A program made the translations under genes and the position numbers. The notes under the pieces are model-generated. The model was not told the DNA's origin. It searched no databases and was given only the letters and a program-made list of their open reading frames with translations. From a virus (Duplodnaviria; Caudoviricetes), in IMG/VR virus record IMGVR_UViG_3300031998_000010: a DNA stretch of 64,000 nucleotides; one strand, 5' to 3'. This document shows, piece after piece, positions 10,459-19,819 of the stretch; the first letter of the stretch is position 1; each line of letters opens with the position of its first letter.

Positions 10459-12284
10459 AATCCATAACTCCCATAATTCGTGATACTTGTAACATCTTCG
10501 CCAGACCAACTACCTAATTCGATACCGTCAACAATATTATATGATGAACCTTCCGTCTGTACTGAGCCTTCATATGTGCAGATGCGCTCCCACTCTATTA
10601 CATTGAGATACCCATTATCATAATAGTGTCCATATTCACCGCAATTAGAATCATTGGGATTTTTAGTGTCTGCAATTATTGCTGCAAATGAATCTCCATT
10701 TGCAAGATTTACCACAATTATATCACCCTCAGTTCCAAATGTAGTAGCTACTGCTACGCAATAATAGCCACCTACTAAAGCAATACTTCCTCTATCATAA
10801 GGATAACCTTCATATGCCCACTGGTCAGCTATTCTTCTTTGCATAGTCCCAGCAGCCCATCTGTGATAGAAGTAAGAATAGCTTGTATAGTTCCCATCAA
10901 TACCAGATTGTGCTATATCACTAGGGATACTTACTGTATATTGAACAGTAAGCTTTCTTCCATCAATATCCCTGAGGTCTTTGTCTCCGGCATATCCAGA
11001 AGATTTCTTTGTTATGATTAGGGCTTTGTAAATTTCAGCTGATTTTTCTTTAGCCCTTTTCATTGCTGCATCACTGTCAAAATAATCATTATACTTGTGA
11101 ATAATAGCTTCAGTTGCTTCTTGTGTATACTGAGGAGAAAGTGCTTTATGCTTAAATGAAGATAAAAGATTAGCATAATCTTTTGCAAGTTCATCTACAA
11201 CACAATCTAACTGACCTGGTCCGATAAGGTTATACTTATTATCATATCCTAACTGGTCTTTGACCCATTCCCATCTGGGATTAGGCCATCCGGCTATTCC
11301 TTGAAGTCTTTGCATTGTGCCATCTACCATACCTAAATCTTTGCAGTAATCGACTCGAATAGTAGAATATGCATAAAGACATCCAGTTAATGCGGAAGCT
11401 GCAGAAGCACTGAAATCATTTTCTAACAAATAATCAACGCATTCTTTTACTACTCCCTCTAATTGAGAAGTATCTATATCATAGCCTTCATTTGCATCGC
11501 CTTCTTCATAACTATCAGGAGCAAATTTGGCATATAAATCACCTAACAAAGAAGTATAGTTGATAACAGATATTGCAACACTTGAAGAAGTATTTGATAA
11601 ATTATAACTGCCATCAAGGTACCCAACTTGTCTTAAGGTCATATCATGTCTATCATTTCTTGATTTATAAAGCGGACCTTTCTTTTTACTCTTTTTCTTT
11701 GAATCTCCACTCTTACCTGACCCGCTAGAAGAACCTGATGTATCATCTCCCATATCTTCCCATCTAGCTCTAACATATCCATTAATACTAGAACTACTCA
11801 ATGAATGTGTTAGTCGTTGACAGCAGTTTCCAGCATTGCCTTCAATTGTATGAACACCATATTCATCGACATATTCAACAATACCAATATGACCACCATG
11901 TTCATACCCGGAGTAAGTACTTGCGGGGTCACCTACAAATGAAATTAAATCACCAGGTTCAGGATATACATCTCCACCAGTAAAATATGGGCCTTCAATC
12001 CATTCGGCATCATACTGGTCTACGCTATAACCTGTAATTGCACCTACGCTATCTCCGGGGCCTAATATCTTCCAATCAATTTCTGCCATGACTTCACAGG
12101 CAGTTACAAGACATGCACACCATGCACAAGGAGGATATGCCCACACTTCGGTAGAATGACAAAGGTCAAACATTTCTGCGCCTCTAGGGTCAGTAAAAAG
12201 ATTACTCCCATCTGGGTCTTCTGATAACCCTAAGAAGTATCTTGCTGCGTCTAAAAATGCGTCAAGATGTGGTGCTCCTGCCAT
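10455..12284 (-). CDS. Tail-associated peptidoglycan hydrolase (CHAP + lysozyme-like + 3D-like domains)
   Basis: CHAP motifs WCA, GHIGIV and IEGN; central tail-lysozyme-like helix; C-terminal VAVATTFG..GD...AIIADTK. Confidence 0.7.
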   Translation of the reverse strand: MAGAPHLDAFLDAARYFLGLSEDPDGSNLFTDPRGAEMFDLCHSTEVWAYPPCAWCACLVTACEVMAEIDWKILGPGDSVGAITGYSVDQYDAEWIEGPYFTGGDVYPEPGDLISFVGDPASTYSGYEHGGHIGIVEYVDEYGVHTIEGNAGNCCQRLTHSLSSSSINGYVRARWEDMGDDTSGSSSGSGKSGDSKKKSKKKGPLYKSRNDRHDMTLRQVGYLDGSYNLSNTSSSVAISVINYTSLLGDLYAKFAPDSYEEGDANEGYDIDTSQLEGVVKECVDYLLENDFSASAASALTGCLYAYSTIRVDYCKDLGMVDGTMQRLQGIAGWPNPRWEWVKDQLGYDNKYNLIGPGQLDCVVDELAKDYANLLSSFKHKALSPQYTQEATEAIIHKYNDYFDSDAAMKRAKEKSAEIYKALIITKKSSGYAGDKDLRDIDGRKLTVQYTVSIPSDIAQSGIDGNYTSYSYFYHRWAAGTMQRRIADQWAYEGYPYDRGSIALVGGYYCVAVATTFGTEGDIIVVNLANGDSFAAIIADTKNPNDSNCGEYGHYYDNGYLNVIEWERICTYEGSVQTEGSSYNIVDGIELGSWSGEDVTSITNYGSYGL

Positions 12285-12947
12285 TTATGGTACCTCAAAT
12301 AATTCAGGCTGTAATAATTCATCATCAATAGTGCTTACATCCTTGGGTGCTACTAACCAAAGATAAAATCTATCTTGGAATTGTGTCCAAGTGACACAAG
12401 ACAACCTATCATAATCTAGATATAGCCCTATCTTTGATTTTATGCCCCATTTTTCAGCATACTTATAATATAATTCTATAATATCATCATTTGTTGATGT
12501 ACTGTTGTTTGTTTCAATTTTAATCCATAATCCTAATTCTGGAGGAAATTGAGATATTACATAATACAATGCTTGACATTCATCATCAGCTTCTTTTACA
12601 CTTCTTGCTCGAGTAATCACATATAGCATGAAAGGCATGTTAGCATTATTACAATCAGTTGTCAATTTTGCTAAATGAGGATTTTCATATGTCCTTTGCA
12701 TATGAGATACATCGAAAAGTGCACCACCATAGAAAGCCATAGCACTGATTCGAGCTTGTCTTATTTTTGTATAATCTAATGTATTACTGAATTGAGGTGA
12801 TAAAGTAGCCACAAACGGTCTCATAACAGCAGTATTTATTTCACTGCCGTCATTAGAACTTTCTTCACTTTCAGAAGAATCATCTGACGAACCTTCTTCG
12901 TCCTCTTCCTCTTCGTCTTCGTCGTAGCCTTCGTACTCTTCGTCCAT
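12285..12947 (-). CDS. GH25-like (probably inactive) baseplate protein
   Basis: Acidic N-terminus, then GH25-like pattern (ARSVKEADDEC, LWIKIE, IGLY, LWLV). Confidence 0.45.
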   Translation of the reverse strand: MDEEYEGYDEDEEEEDEEGSSDDSSESEESSNDGSEINTAVMRPFVATLSPQFSNTLDYTKIRQARISAMAFYGGALFDVSHMQRTYENPHLAKLTTDCNNANMPFMLYVITRARSVKEADDECQALYYVISQFPPELGLWIKIETNNSTSTNDDIIELYYKYAEKWGIKSKIGLYLDYDRLSCVTWTQFQDRFYLWLVAPKDVSTIDDELLQPELFEVP

Positions 12948-13381
12948 TAACTTACCTCAGTTAAATCGAGTTGACCCAATAGTATAGGAGTAGGGTCATG
13001 CTTGTATAATTGTTTCATAGAAACTCTTACAGGAAAGAGCCCTTTATCTGGATTACAATATTCAAATCGCATGAGCTTCTTATAGCTGTATCCTATAGAA
13101 GTTCCAACATATACAGGTGCTCCAAGAATAACTTTTACTGCACTCAATGAACAATACCTTACCCATCTTTGAGAAGTTACTTCTATTGTAACACTCCACG
13201 TAGAATTTTTAGGGTCTCTTCCAATATCAATAACAGTGCCTTCACATATACTATTTACATCTTGAGTATTTATCCAACAACCTGCATTGAATGAAGTACT
13301 GCCAGAATATCCTTGGCTTAGAACATCTTTGACTTCTACATTTTCTATTCCTGTTAAAATTGATAATGTTTTTGTGTTCAT
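12947..13381 (-). CDS. M23-fold-like baseplate protein (degenerate)
   Basis: V.SICEGTV, VRYCSLS, V.VGTSIG, MRFE, DP pattern of M23 domains, without the Zn-binding His residues. Confidence 0.45.
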   Translation of the reverse strand: MNTKTLSILTGIENVEVKDVLSQGYSGSTSFNAGCWINTQDVNSICEGTVIDIGRDPKNSTWSVTIEVTSQRWVRYCSLSAVKVILGAPVYVGTSIGYSYKKLMRFEYCNPDKGLFPVRVSMKQLYKHDPTPILLGQLDLTEVS

Positions 13382-14826
13382 CCTGGTATCTCCCTAAATT
13401 CTGGATAAACTGAGTCTTCAAAATCAACTTCGCTTGTCGATTTAATGTTATTAGTTTGAGTATATGCTGTACTATAGCCGTTGCTTCCCAACACAGTTAT
13501 TCCTTGAGAAGCTGCTACTTCATTTGCATTGCTCATAACTAACCTCTGAACTTTAAGTGTTGTCACAAATGTATTAGAAATACTATGTGAAACAGATATT
13601 ACATTGTATATACCTGTTACAGGTGAAACTGTATTACCTGACATTATCAATAACGATACAGGTTGTGCTACACTATATTGTTTTACATTTCCAGGAATAG
13701 TTATTGTAAAATCTCCAGAAAATTGAGATGCAAGAGCATTTACATCATTGATAATATTAGCAGTTTGGAATACATCTGCAAGTGTAGCAGACCAACTATT
13801 AACAATTCGAGTATTCTCTATTATTGTATTACCACTACCGTCAACAGTAAATCCAAGCGAAGAGAATGACATATTGCTCATGTTATAAGCAACACCACTA
13901 TAAGAACCACTTAATGATAATATATTTGTATTAGCGGTCCCATACTCTAACATATCTCCATAATGTTGAGTAGATAACCCTGCATTACTCTTGTAATGGA
14001 TAACTCCTTTTTTCGTCATTGTAGGTTCCTCAACCCAGAAAGAGAATGTTGAACATTGAGGAGTTTCATCTACAATACTCTTTTTGAGATACTCGTTAAG
14101 AGGTGTAATTATAAGGTTGTTCATTAATGTACTTAAATTTCCACAACCATATTTAATTCCTGCAGCCTCTCTTGAGCTATTATAAGATTTAGAAAGCTTT
14201 AAGCAACCTGGAAATTGTTCATAATCATCGCTCAAAGACACATGACCTCTAATGTAACCAACAAGGCTTGTACTCATTGCACCGTGATTAACTAGTGTAA
14301 CTGCGTCATTATGGTCAATATCTAAATCATAATAATCATCTACTCCAAGAGCCTTACAAACGCCTTCAACAAGAGCAGAAGGTTGAACCATTCCGCACAC
14401 AGCTGGAATATTTATAACAGGGACTGCAAATTTATATCCAATTGATGCATATCCGGTTACTGTGTATCTCATGAATAAGCCATCAGTAGATACTTTGAAT
14501 TGTAAAGTGAATCCTTGATAAGCTACATTTTCACCAATTGAACCGTCTTTATTAAGCCAACCAAACATGAAACAAACAGGAATTCCGCTTGAATTTGGGT
14601 ACTTACTTGCGTCTTGAGCTGCAGAATATAATAAAGCTTCAAATGCTGCAACATTTGATTTCTTAGCCTGGTCGCCTCCCACAACTACATTAAGTGTCCA
14701 AGAAGTGAATGAAGTTATTTGAGAATTACTTAATTCAAGAGAGCAGAAAGGACTAGGAATTTCAAAGCCGTAAGAAGTAAGATTCACTCCACTTAATACA
14801 AATGTACAAAACGGCTGCTTAAACAT
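13378..14826 (-). CDS. Baseplate hub protein (gp27/gpD-like)
   Basis: Size and position; C-terminal TGIYNVISVSHSIS..FVTTLKVQR typical of hub proteins. Confidence 0.65.
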   Translation of the reverse strand: MFKQPFCTFVLSGVNLTSYGFEIPSPFCSLELSNSQITSFTSWTLNVVVGGDQAKKSNVAAFEALLYSAAQDASKYPNSSGIPVCFMFGWLNKDGSIGENVAYQGFTLQFKVSTDGLFMRYTVTGYASIGYKFAVPVINIPAVCGMVQPSALVEGVCKALGVDDYYDLDIDHNDAVTLVNHGAMSTSLVGYIRGHVSLSDDYEQFPGCLKLSKSYNSSREAAGIKYGCGNLSTLMNNLIITPLNEYLKKSIVDETPQCSTFSFWVEEPTMTKKGVIHYKSNAGLSTQHYGDMLEYGTANTNILSLSGSYSGVAYNMSNMSFSSLGFTVDGSGNTIIENTRIVNSWSATLADVFQTANIINDVNALASQFSGDFTITIPGNVKQYSVAQPVSLLIMSGNTVSPVTGIYNVISVSHSISNTFVTTLKVQRLVMSNANEVAASQGITVLGSNGYSTAYTQTNNIKSTSEVDFEDSVYPEFREIPG

Positions 14827-15254
14827 TATTCTTCTCCTAAGTTAAGTTGTAGTGCAGCAACAGGGGCTAAGATTTCTCCTGTTGCAAATAAATCAGAAAC
14901 ATTCCGTGGAATGATTAATGTTTGTCCTTCTCTGACAGTATAGCCATCTTCAATGCTGTTAAAGTATGAAATAATCCAACTATATGTAGGAGCACCTAAA
15001 TACTTATTTGCAATTAAATCTAATCTATTCTCTTCCGAATATTCTACAACGTGATAGATTACATTCAATTTATTAGTTGTAACTGGATTAGTAGTTTCAA
15101 GTGTTACAAACCTATCAGCCGAATTAGGGCAATGTATTACCTGACGAAGATTTCTATACCTTGAAATATGTTCGAAATCTCTACAAGTAGAATATGCAAT
15201 GCCTGTGTACTCAGCTTCGTCATAAGGCTGTGTTAAATCTCTGTATGGAATCAT
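14826..15254 (-). CDS. LysM / gp53-like baseplate protein
   Basis: HVV...ENRLDLIANKYLG...WII...N.I....GQTLIIP. Confidence 0.75.
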   Translation of the reverse strand: MIPYRDLTQPYDEAEYTGIAYSTCRDFEHISRYRNLRQVIHCPNSADRFVTLETTNPVTTNKLNVIYHVVEYSEENRLDLIANKYLGAPTYSWIISYFNSIEDGYTVREGQTLIIPRNVSDLFATGEILAPVAALQLNLGEE

Positions 15255-16261
15255 GTAATCAGCCCTTTCTGCATAATTGTTGAGTAACTGAGAGGTGTAT
15301 CAGATACTTCTGTAATTTCAAGAACAAGTTTAAATTCTAAGTAGAAATCATCAAGACCGAGCGGACCACTCCAATCTACTTTACAAGAATTCATAATACC
15401 TGTTATAAGTTTATCTCCGTTTAACAAAAGTGTAACAGTAGGGAAGATAACAGATGAACCTGTATACTCAGGAAAGCAGTTTGCTTCGCAAAATCTAATT
15501 AATTCATTTGCAAGTCCGTCTCTGTGGTCTCCTGTCCACATATCTCGATGCATATGGAAAGTATAAGTATTCTGTCTAGGACCTGAATTCTTATAAACAT
15601 ACCAAGGCTCATATTCATAGAGCATACTAGGCATCTGCTCAAATGAAGCACTATGACCGTCTGATATTTCCTCAGGATATACAGGAAAATCTTTCTTATC
15701 ATCTAATATAGATGAGTATAAACTAATCTTGCCCCAAGGCAATTTAAACCATTCAAAAGGATTCTTCTCACCCTCAGGGGCTAAATCACTTATCATTCCA
15801 AATGAACCATAAGAAGCTAAGCTATATTCTAAGAATATTGAGGGGTCAATCTCATGACTTATATTAGATTTCAATGAATATTCGCATTTTTCATGAACAT
15901 CAGAAGGAACAGATTCTCCATTTCCAAGAATCAAATCAGACATTGCTACTTCAATAGTTTCAGGAATTCTGAAATAATCAGGAAAAGTATTAAGTTGACT
16001 TAAACAATTCCAATCGCTTTCTGTCCCTAAAGCAGCTTTTTCGTAAACATCAGAATCGCCTACCATTGTATTCAAAATATTTAACTTAGTCTGCCAATCT
16101 GTAGTTCCTGTAAGACTTTCAGCACGCTCAATTGCTACTTTACCTACTTTGACTGTCCGTGGAATATTATTGATATTGAGTACAGCATCTACATTTCTTT
16201 CGCCTACAATATCGCCTAAATCAGAAAGTGTAGTATGTTTATCAATCTTTAAAAATTTCAT
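15251..16261 (-). CDS. Tail tube initiator / baseplate protein
   Basis: FPVYPEEISD, YKNSGPR, ITGIMNSCKVDWSGP motifs; N-terminal LysM-like segment. Confidence 0.6.
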   Translation of the reverse strand: MKFLKIDKHTTLSDLGDIVGERNVDAVLNINNIPRTVKVGKVAIERAESLTGTTDWQTKLNILNTMVGDSDVYEKAALGTESDWNCLSQLNTFPDYFRIPETIEVAMSDLILGNGESVPSDVHEKCEYSLKSNISHEIDPSIFLEYSLASYGSFGMISDLAPEGEKNPFEWFKLPWGKISLYSSILDDKKDFPVYPEEISDGHSASFEQMPSMLYEYEPWYVYKNSGPRQNTYTFHMHRDMWTGDHRDGLANELIRFCEANCFPEYTGSSVIFPTVTLLLNGDKLITGIMNSCKVDWSGPLGLDDFYLEFKLVLEITEVSDTPLSYSTIMQKGLIT

Positions 16262-16262
16262 A

Positions 16263-16829
16263 CTATGCCTCCAGACGTAATTGTTTTATTACATGAGGTT
16301 CACCAAAAACAGAAGCAGGCCTAACACCTGGAGCTAATGTTGAGATATATTTTAAACTCGTGTTGTAACAAAGAGCACAGGCTGTGGGTGTAAACTTATT
16401 ATTGGTGTTACTAGCTCCTAAGAGAGCTAATGTATCGTAAATATCTAGGTAGGGAGAATTTGCATATACAACTTCTCCTAACATATAAGTATAAATCCAA
16501 TCGGGCAAAGAAGCTTCAAGACCATTGTCCACATCAGATATACACTGGCTGATAGAATCTTTTATGAATGACTTCAAGTTTTCATATTCGGCTCGGAGAC
16601 TCACTTCGCTAATTACAACTCCATGATTATCTAATTTCTTGTAGATTACATCCTGTTCCTCAAAGGGATTAGGATAGTTATCTTCAAAGAAATGCTCATT
16701 GTCATCATCATTTACATTGATAAAAGCATTGAACATCTCTTTATCAGAAATAAGGTGATAAGGATAACCAGGTAAGTAGCCGAGTTTTGAATATTTGATT
16801 TTTATGATGTCATGAATAAATTCTGTCAT
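16263..16829 (-). CDS. Hypothetical virion protein
   Basis: 188-aa ORF coupled within the structural operon. Confidence 0.55.
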   Translation of the reverse strand: MTEFIHDIIKIKYSKLGYLPGYPYHLISDKEMFNAFINVNDDDNEHFFEDNYPNPFEEQDVIYKKLDNHGVVISEVSLRAEYENLKSFIKDSISQCISDVDNGLEASLPDWIYTYMLGEVVYANSPYLDIYDTLALLGASNTNNKFTPTACALCYNTSLKYISTLAPGVRPASVFGEPHVIKQLRLEA

Positions 16830-19783
16830 ATAATTGTACCATTAATTGTTGAACCACCATAGAAAATATGATAAGAATTAGGCTCCCAACCGTCTATTGC
16901 ATTAACATCCATTGTCATATACTGAGCATCTAACAAATCTGTTGTTGCATCAAAAGCAATAGTTCCCGATGTGAATGTGTCACTATCAGGTCTATATGTT
17001 CCTGTGACAGCTGTGAAATTTGTTGTAATCATTATCCAGTTATTATTTTGTACTTTATATGCGGTTACAAATGTACCTGTTACCTTGAGAGGCTTCACAA
17101 TACATTTCTCAGGATATATTAATTCAGAACCTTGAGGTAAGTTGAATATTCCTCCGATAATTGACCTTCCATATATTACATTTGTAGCAGTAGAACCATT
17201 TGCTACATATAAGCTGCATTCAATGATATTACCATCTCCACCTAATGTAATACTACGTAATGCAGATGAATAGTGGTTATCATTTGGATTGGCTTCGTTC
17301 CAGAAGGTGATATCCTGTACTGTGGGTGTAGCCGCAGGTTGTGAAATCTCCATTCCATTTACTTGAATATCAGGGTCAGTGTCCTTAAATCTATCATACC
17401 ACAATGTAATATCTAAGAAACCTGTGAATGTTCCTGTCCTTATTACACAAGACCTGATATAATCAAATACTGTAGCATCATAATATATGCAACTTCTATA
17501 TACATTGATAACAGGAGTTCCTGCGATATTGCTATCAATTCTAATTTTTTCACAATCTACAATATTGATAATTGTATTAGAATTTGCTTTGCCTAAGATA
17601 TGTAAGTAAACTGCTGTTCCAAATCTAGAATCAATATTATTGATATTAATAACAGTAGCATTACTTTCTTCAGGTAATGTCATGTAGATATTAATAACTT
17701 GCGGTACAGCTGAAGCATTTGCATTGAAAGGAAATGCAATTCTATTATTTACATATTCATCAAGGTTAGCTTGTACCTGAGAAGAAGTAAGTGATGTAGG
17801 TAATGTGAAATCTTCACCTAATTGATATGCTAATGTTCCTGAACGGAGTAACTCGTAATCAATTAACTTGAGTCTTCCGTCAGAATCTAATGTAACATAT
17901 CCACTATCAGTAGCTAACGGGTCTGTATTATAAAATCCTCCGGCTTGAGTTGTAGTTGCAAGAGGAATTCCGCCTGTTACTAAGATATAGTCAGACCAAC
18001 TACGCGGGCCTGTACCAATTACTACGTAGTAATAAGGCGTAACAACATTATCTTCATCATTATGTAAGTCTACTTCAAAATAATCCTTATTTTTTATTCC
18101 ACGATAAGAATTGAACCCAAAGAGTGTTGTTGCATCTTCGTTAAGAATCTTATTCCACTTTGTTTGGTCCCAATCACCTGAAGTAGCTTCAAGGCACTGA
18201 TATAATGCACCATTGTATGCAGCATAATCATCCTTGACATATGATTTACTTGTGTCATAAAAATCTGCAAGATGCTTAAGTGCTTCTGTATCAACAGTTC
18301 TTACACCTGTGTCTTCGTTGTAATCTGTTAAGCCTTCGTTATCTCCTGTCCAGATACCAATTGCTGTATCACCTAATCTTACACCTGAAGGTAAAGATTC
18401 CGAATAATCAATATTTGAAATTGTTCCAGGCAATACTTTATACATTGTAGAAGGAGCCGCTCCTGCATCAGTTGATATCTGTGCAGTAAAATCTTCTCTT
18501 ACAAATATATAATCACCATTTTGATAACTTGTAGGAATTGTGGGCATTACATAATCAACATCTTTAGTATCTAAATACAAGATGAGATTTCCAGACGCTG
18601 TAGGAATATAAGAATTTACATCTACTGTCTGCAATCCTGAAAGCTTTTCACCTAAATTCTTTATTACTTGAGTATATTCAGCATCAACAGTACCAGGAGC
18701 ACCAGAAAGATAATTAGCTTTCGGTAATTTGATATCCCTTATGCCAAAGTATAAATCTTGTCCTGCTGTATTCTTCATAGAATCAATCTGTTGATGAGGT
18801 ACAGCTAAGTGAACATATCCATCATTTGTTGATAAGAATGTTGCTTGAGGAATTGTATCGTTAGGATTTACAGGTGTAAGATGATTTTGAGGTTCAGAAT
18901 CCCAAACCATCAAACTTCCTGTTGAATCACACCATGTAGCCTTATCTGTCTGGCCTCCCTGACCGGAGAATGTATACAACATGTGAGGATTCAAATTATC
19001 CTTTGAAATGAAGTGGTCATTAAATAACTGACTTACATCTCCAATTCTCCGTGAATCAATACAGCTCATCTTCTCTGAATTCTGCTCAATAGTGCTTACA
19101 ACACCATTGATATAGATGAAATCTGCTAACTTCAAATCAGCAGTAACTGCATCTCTATCTTTAGGAGAATCTGCAGGAGTAATAAAATCAGTTGTAGGAA
19201 GTACAACTAACTGAACTCCAATGTAAGTATTATCTTCATTTTCAATGAGCATTGAACCTGCCATTGTAGTTTCTTCACTATAATAAGATTTAATGCCGAT
19301 TGATAACTTACCTAAAAGCGGAGTTGCATTGTTCAATGAAAGTTGAGCATTTGCTAATACTAAATCTACAGTCATAGGAGCTGTCGATTGAACATAATGT
19401 CCATTTATTACTGCACGACCTGGAGCTACTTGAAGAATAGAACCTGTCGAAGTAACTAATGCCCACTTTGTTTTATTGAAAGGTTCAGGTGTAAGTACTG
19501 CTTCAATACAAACATAAGTAGAAGAATTATATGTAACATATTCTCCTATTGTGTATGATTGTCTGCTACTATAGTCAGGAGCTTCTACACTCGATACAAG
19601 AGATACTTTGAAATCTTCAGGTCCGTGAACAAAAGAAGGTCCAACTTCATAAGTAATCTCAGGCTTAGTATTTACCATCTCTCTTGAACGAAGATTGTAT
19701 TCTGTAACAAGCTGACCACCTTTAGTAGAATTACTCAAAGGGAATATATTTGTTGACGCTACATTAAATGTTGGAAAATGCAT
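16826..19783 (-). CDS. Large virion protein with two carbohydrate-binding-like (CBM5/12-type) repeats
   Basis: YSSRQSYTIGEYVTYNSSTYVC...KW and YDTSKSYVKDDYAAYNGALYQC...KW; VAPGRAVING motif. Confidence 0.6.
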   Translation of the reverse strand: MHFPTFNVASTNIFPLSNSTKGGQLVTEYNLRSREMVNTKPEITYEVGPSFVHGPEDFKVSLVSSVEAPDYSSRQSYTIGEYVTYNSSTYVCIEAVLTPEPFNKTKWALVTSTGSILQVAPGRAVINGHYVQSTAPMTVDLVLANAQLSLNNATPLLGKLSIGIKSYYSEETTMAGSMLIENEDNTYIGVQLVVLPTTDFITPADSPKDRDAVTADLKLADFIYINGVVSTIEQNSEKMSCIDSRRIGDVSQLFNDHFISKDNLNPHMLYTFSGQGGQTDKATWCDSTGSLMVWDSEPQNHLTPVNPNDTIPQATFLSTNDGYVHLAVPHQQIDSMKNTAGQDLYFGIRDIKLPKANYLSGAPGTVDAEYTQVIKNLGEKLSGLQTVDVNSYIPTASGNLILYLDTKDVDYVMPTIPTSYQNGDYIFVREDFTAQISTDAGAAPSTMYKVLPGTISNIDYSESLPSGVRLGDTAIGIWTGDNEGLTDYNEDTGVRTVDTEALKHLADFYDTSKSYVKDDYAAYNGALYQCLEATSGDWDQTKWNKILNEDATTLFGFNSYRGIKNKDYFEVDLHNDEDNVVTPYYYVVIGTGPRSWSDYILVTGGIPLATTTQAGGFYNTDPLATDSGYVTLDSDGRLKLIDYELLRSGTLAYQLGEDFTLPTSLTSSQVQANLDEYVNNRIAFPFNANASAVPQVINIYMTLPEESNATVININNIDSRFGTAVYLHILGKANSNTIINIVDCEKIRIDSNIAGTPVINVYRSCIYYDATVFDYIRSCVIRTGTFTGFLDITLWYDRFKDTDPDIQVNGMEISQPAATPTVQDITFWNEANPNDNHYSSALRSITLGGDGNIIECSLYVANGSTATNVIYGRSIIGGIFNLPQGSELIYPEKCIVKPLKVTGTFVTAYKVQNNNWIMITTNFTAVTGTYRPDSDTFTSGTIAFDATTDLLDAQYMTMDVNAIDGWEPNSYHIFYGGSTINGTII

Positions 19784-19819
19784 ATGTTAGTTATCCTCCA
19801 AATATTATCTTTCTTAAGT

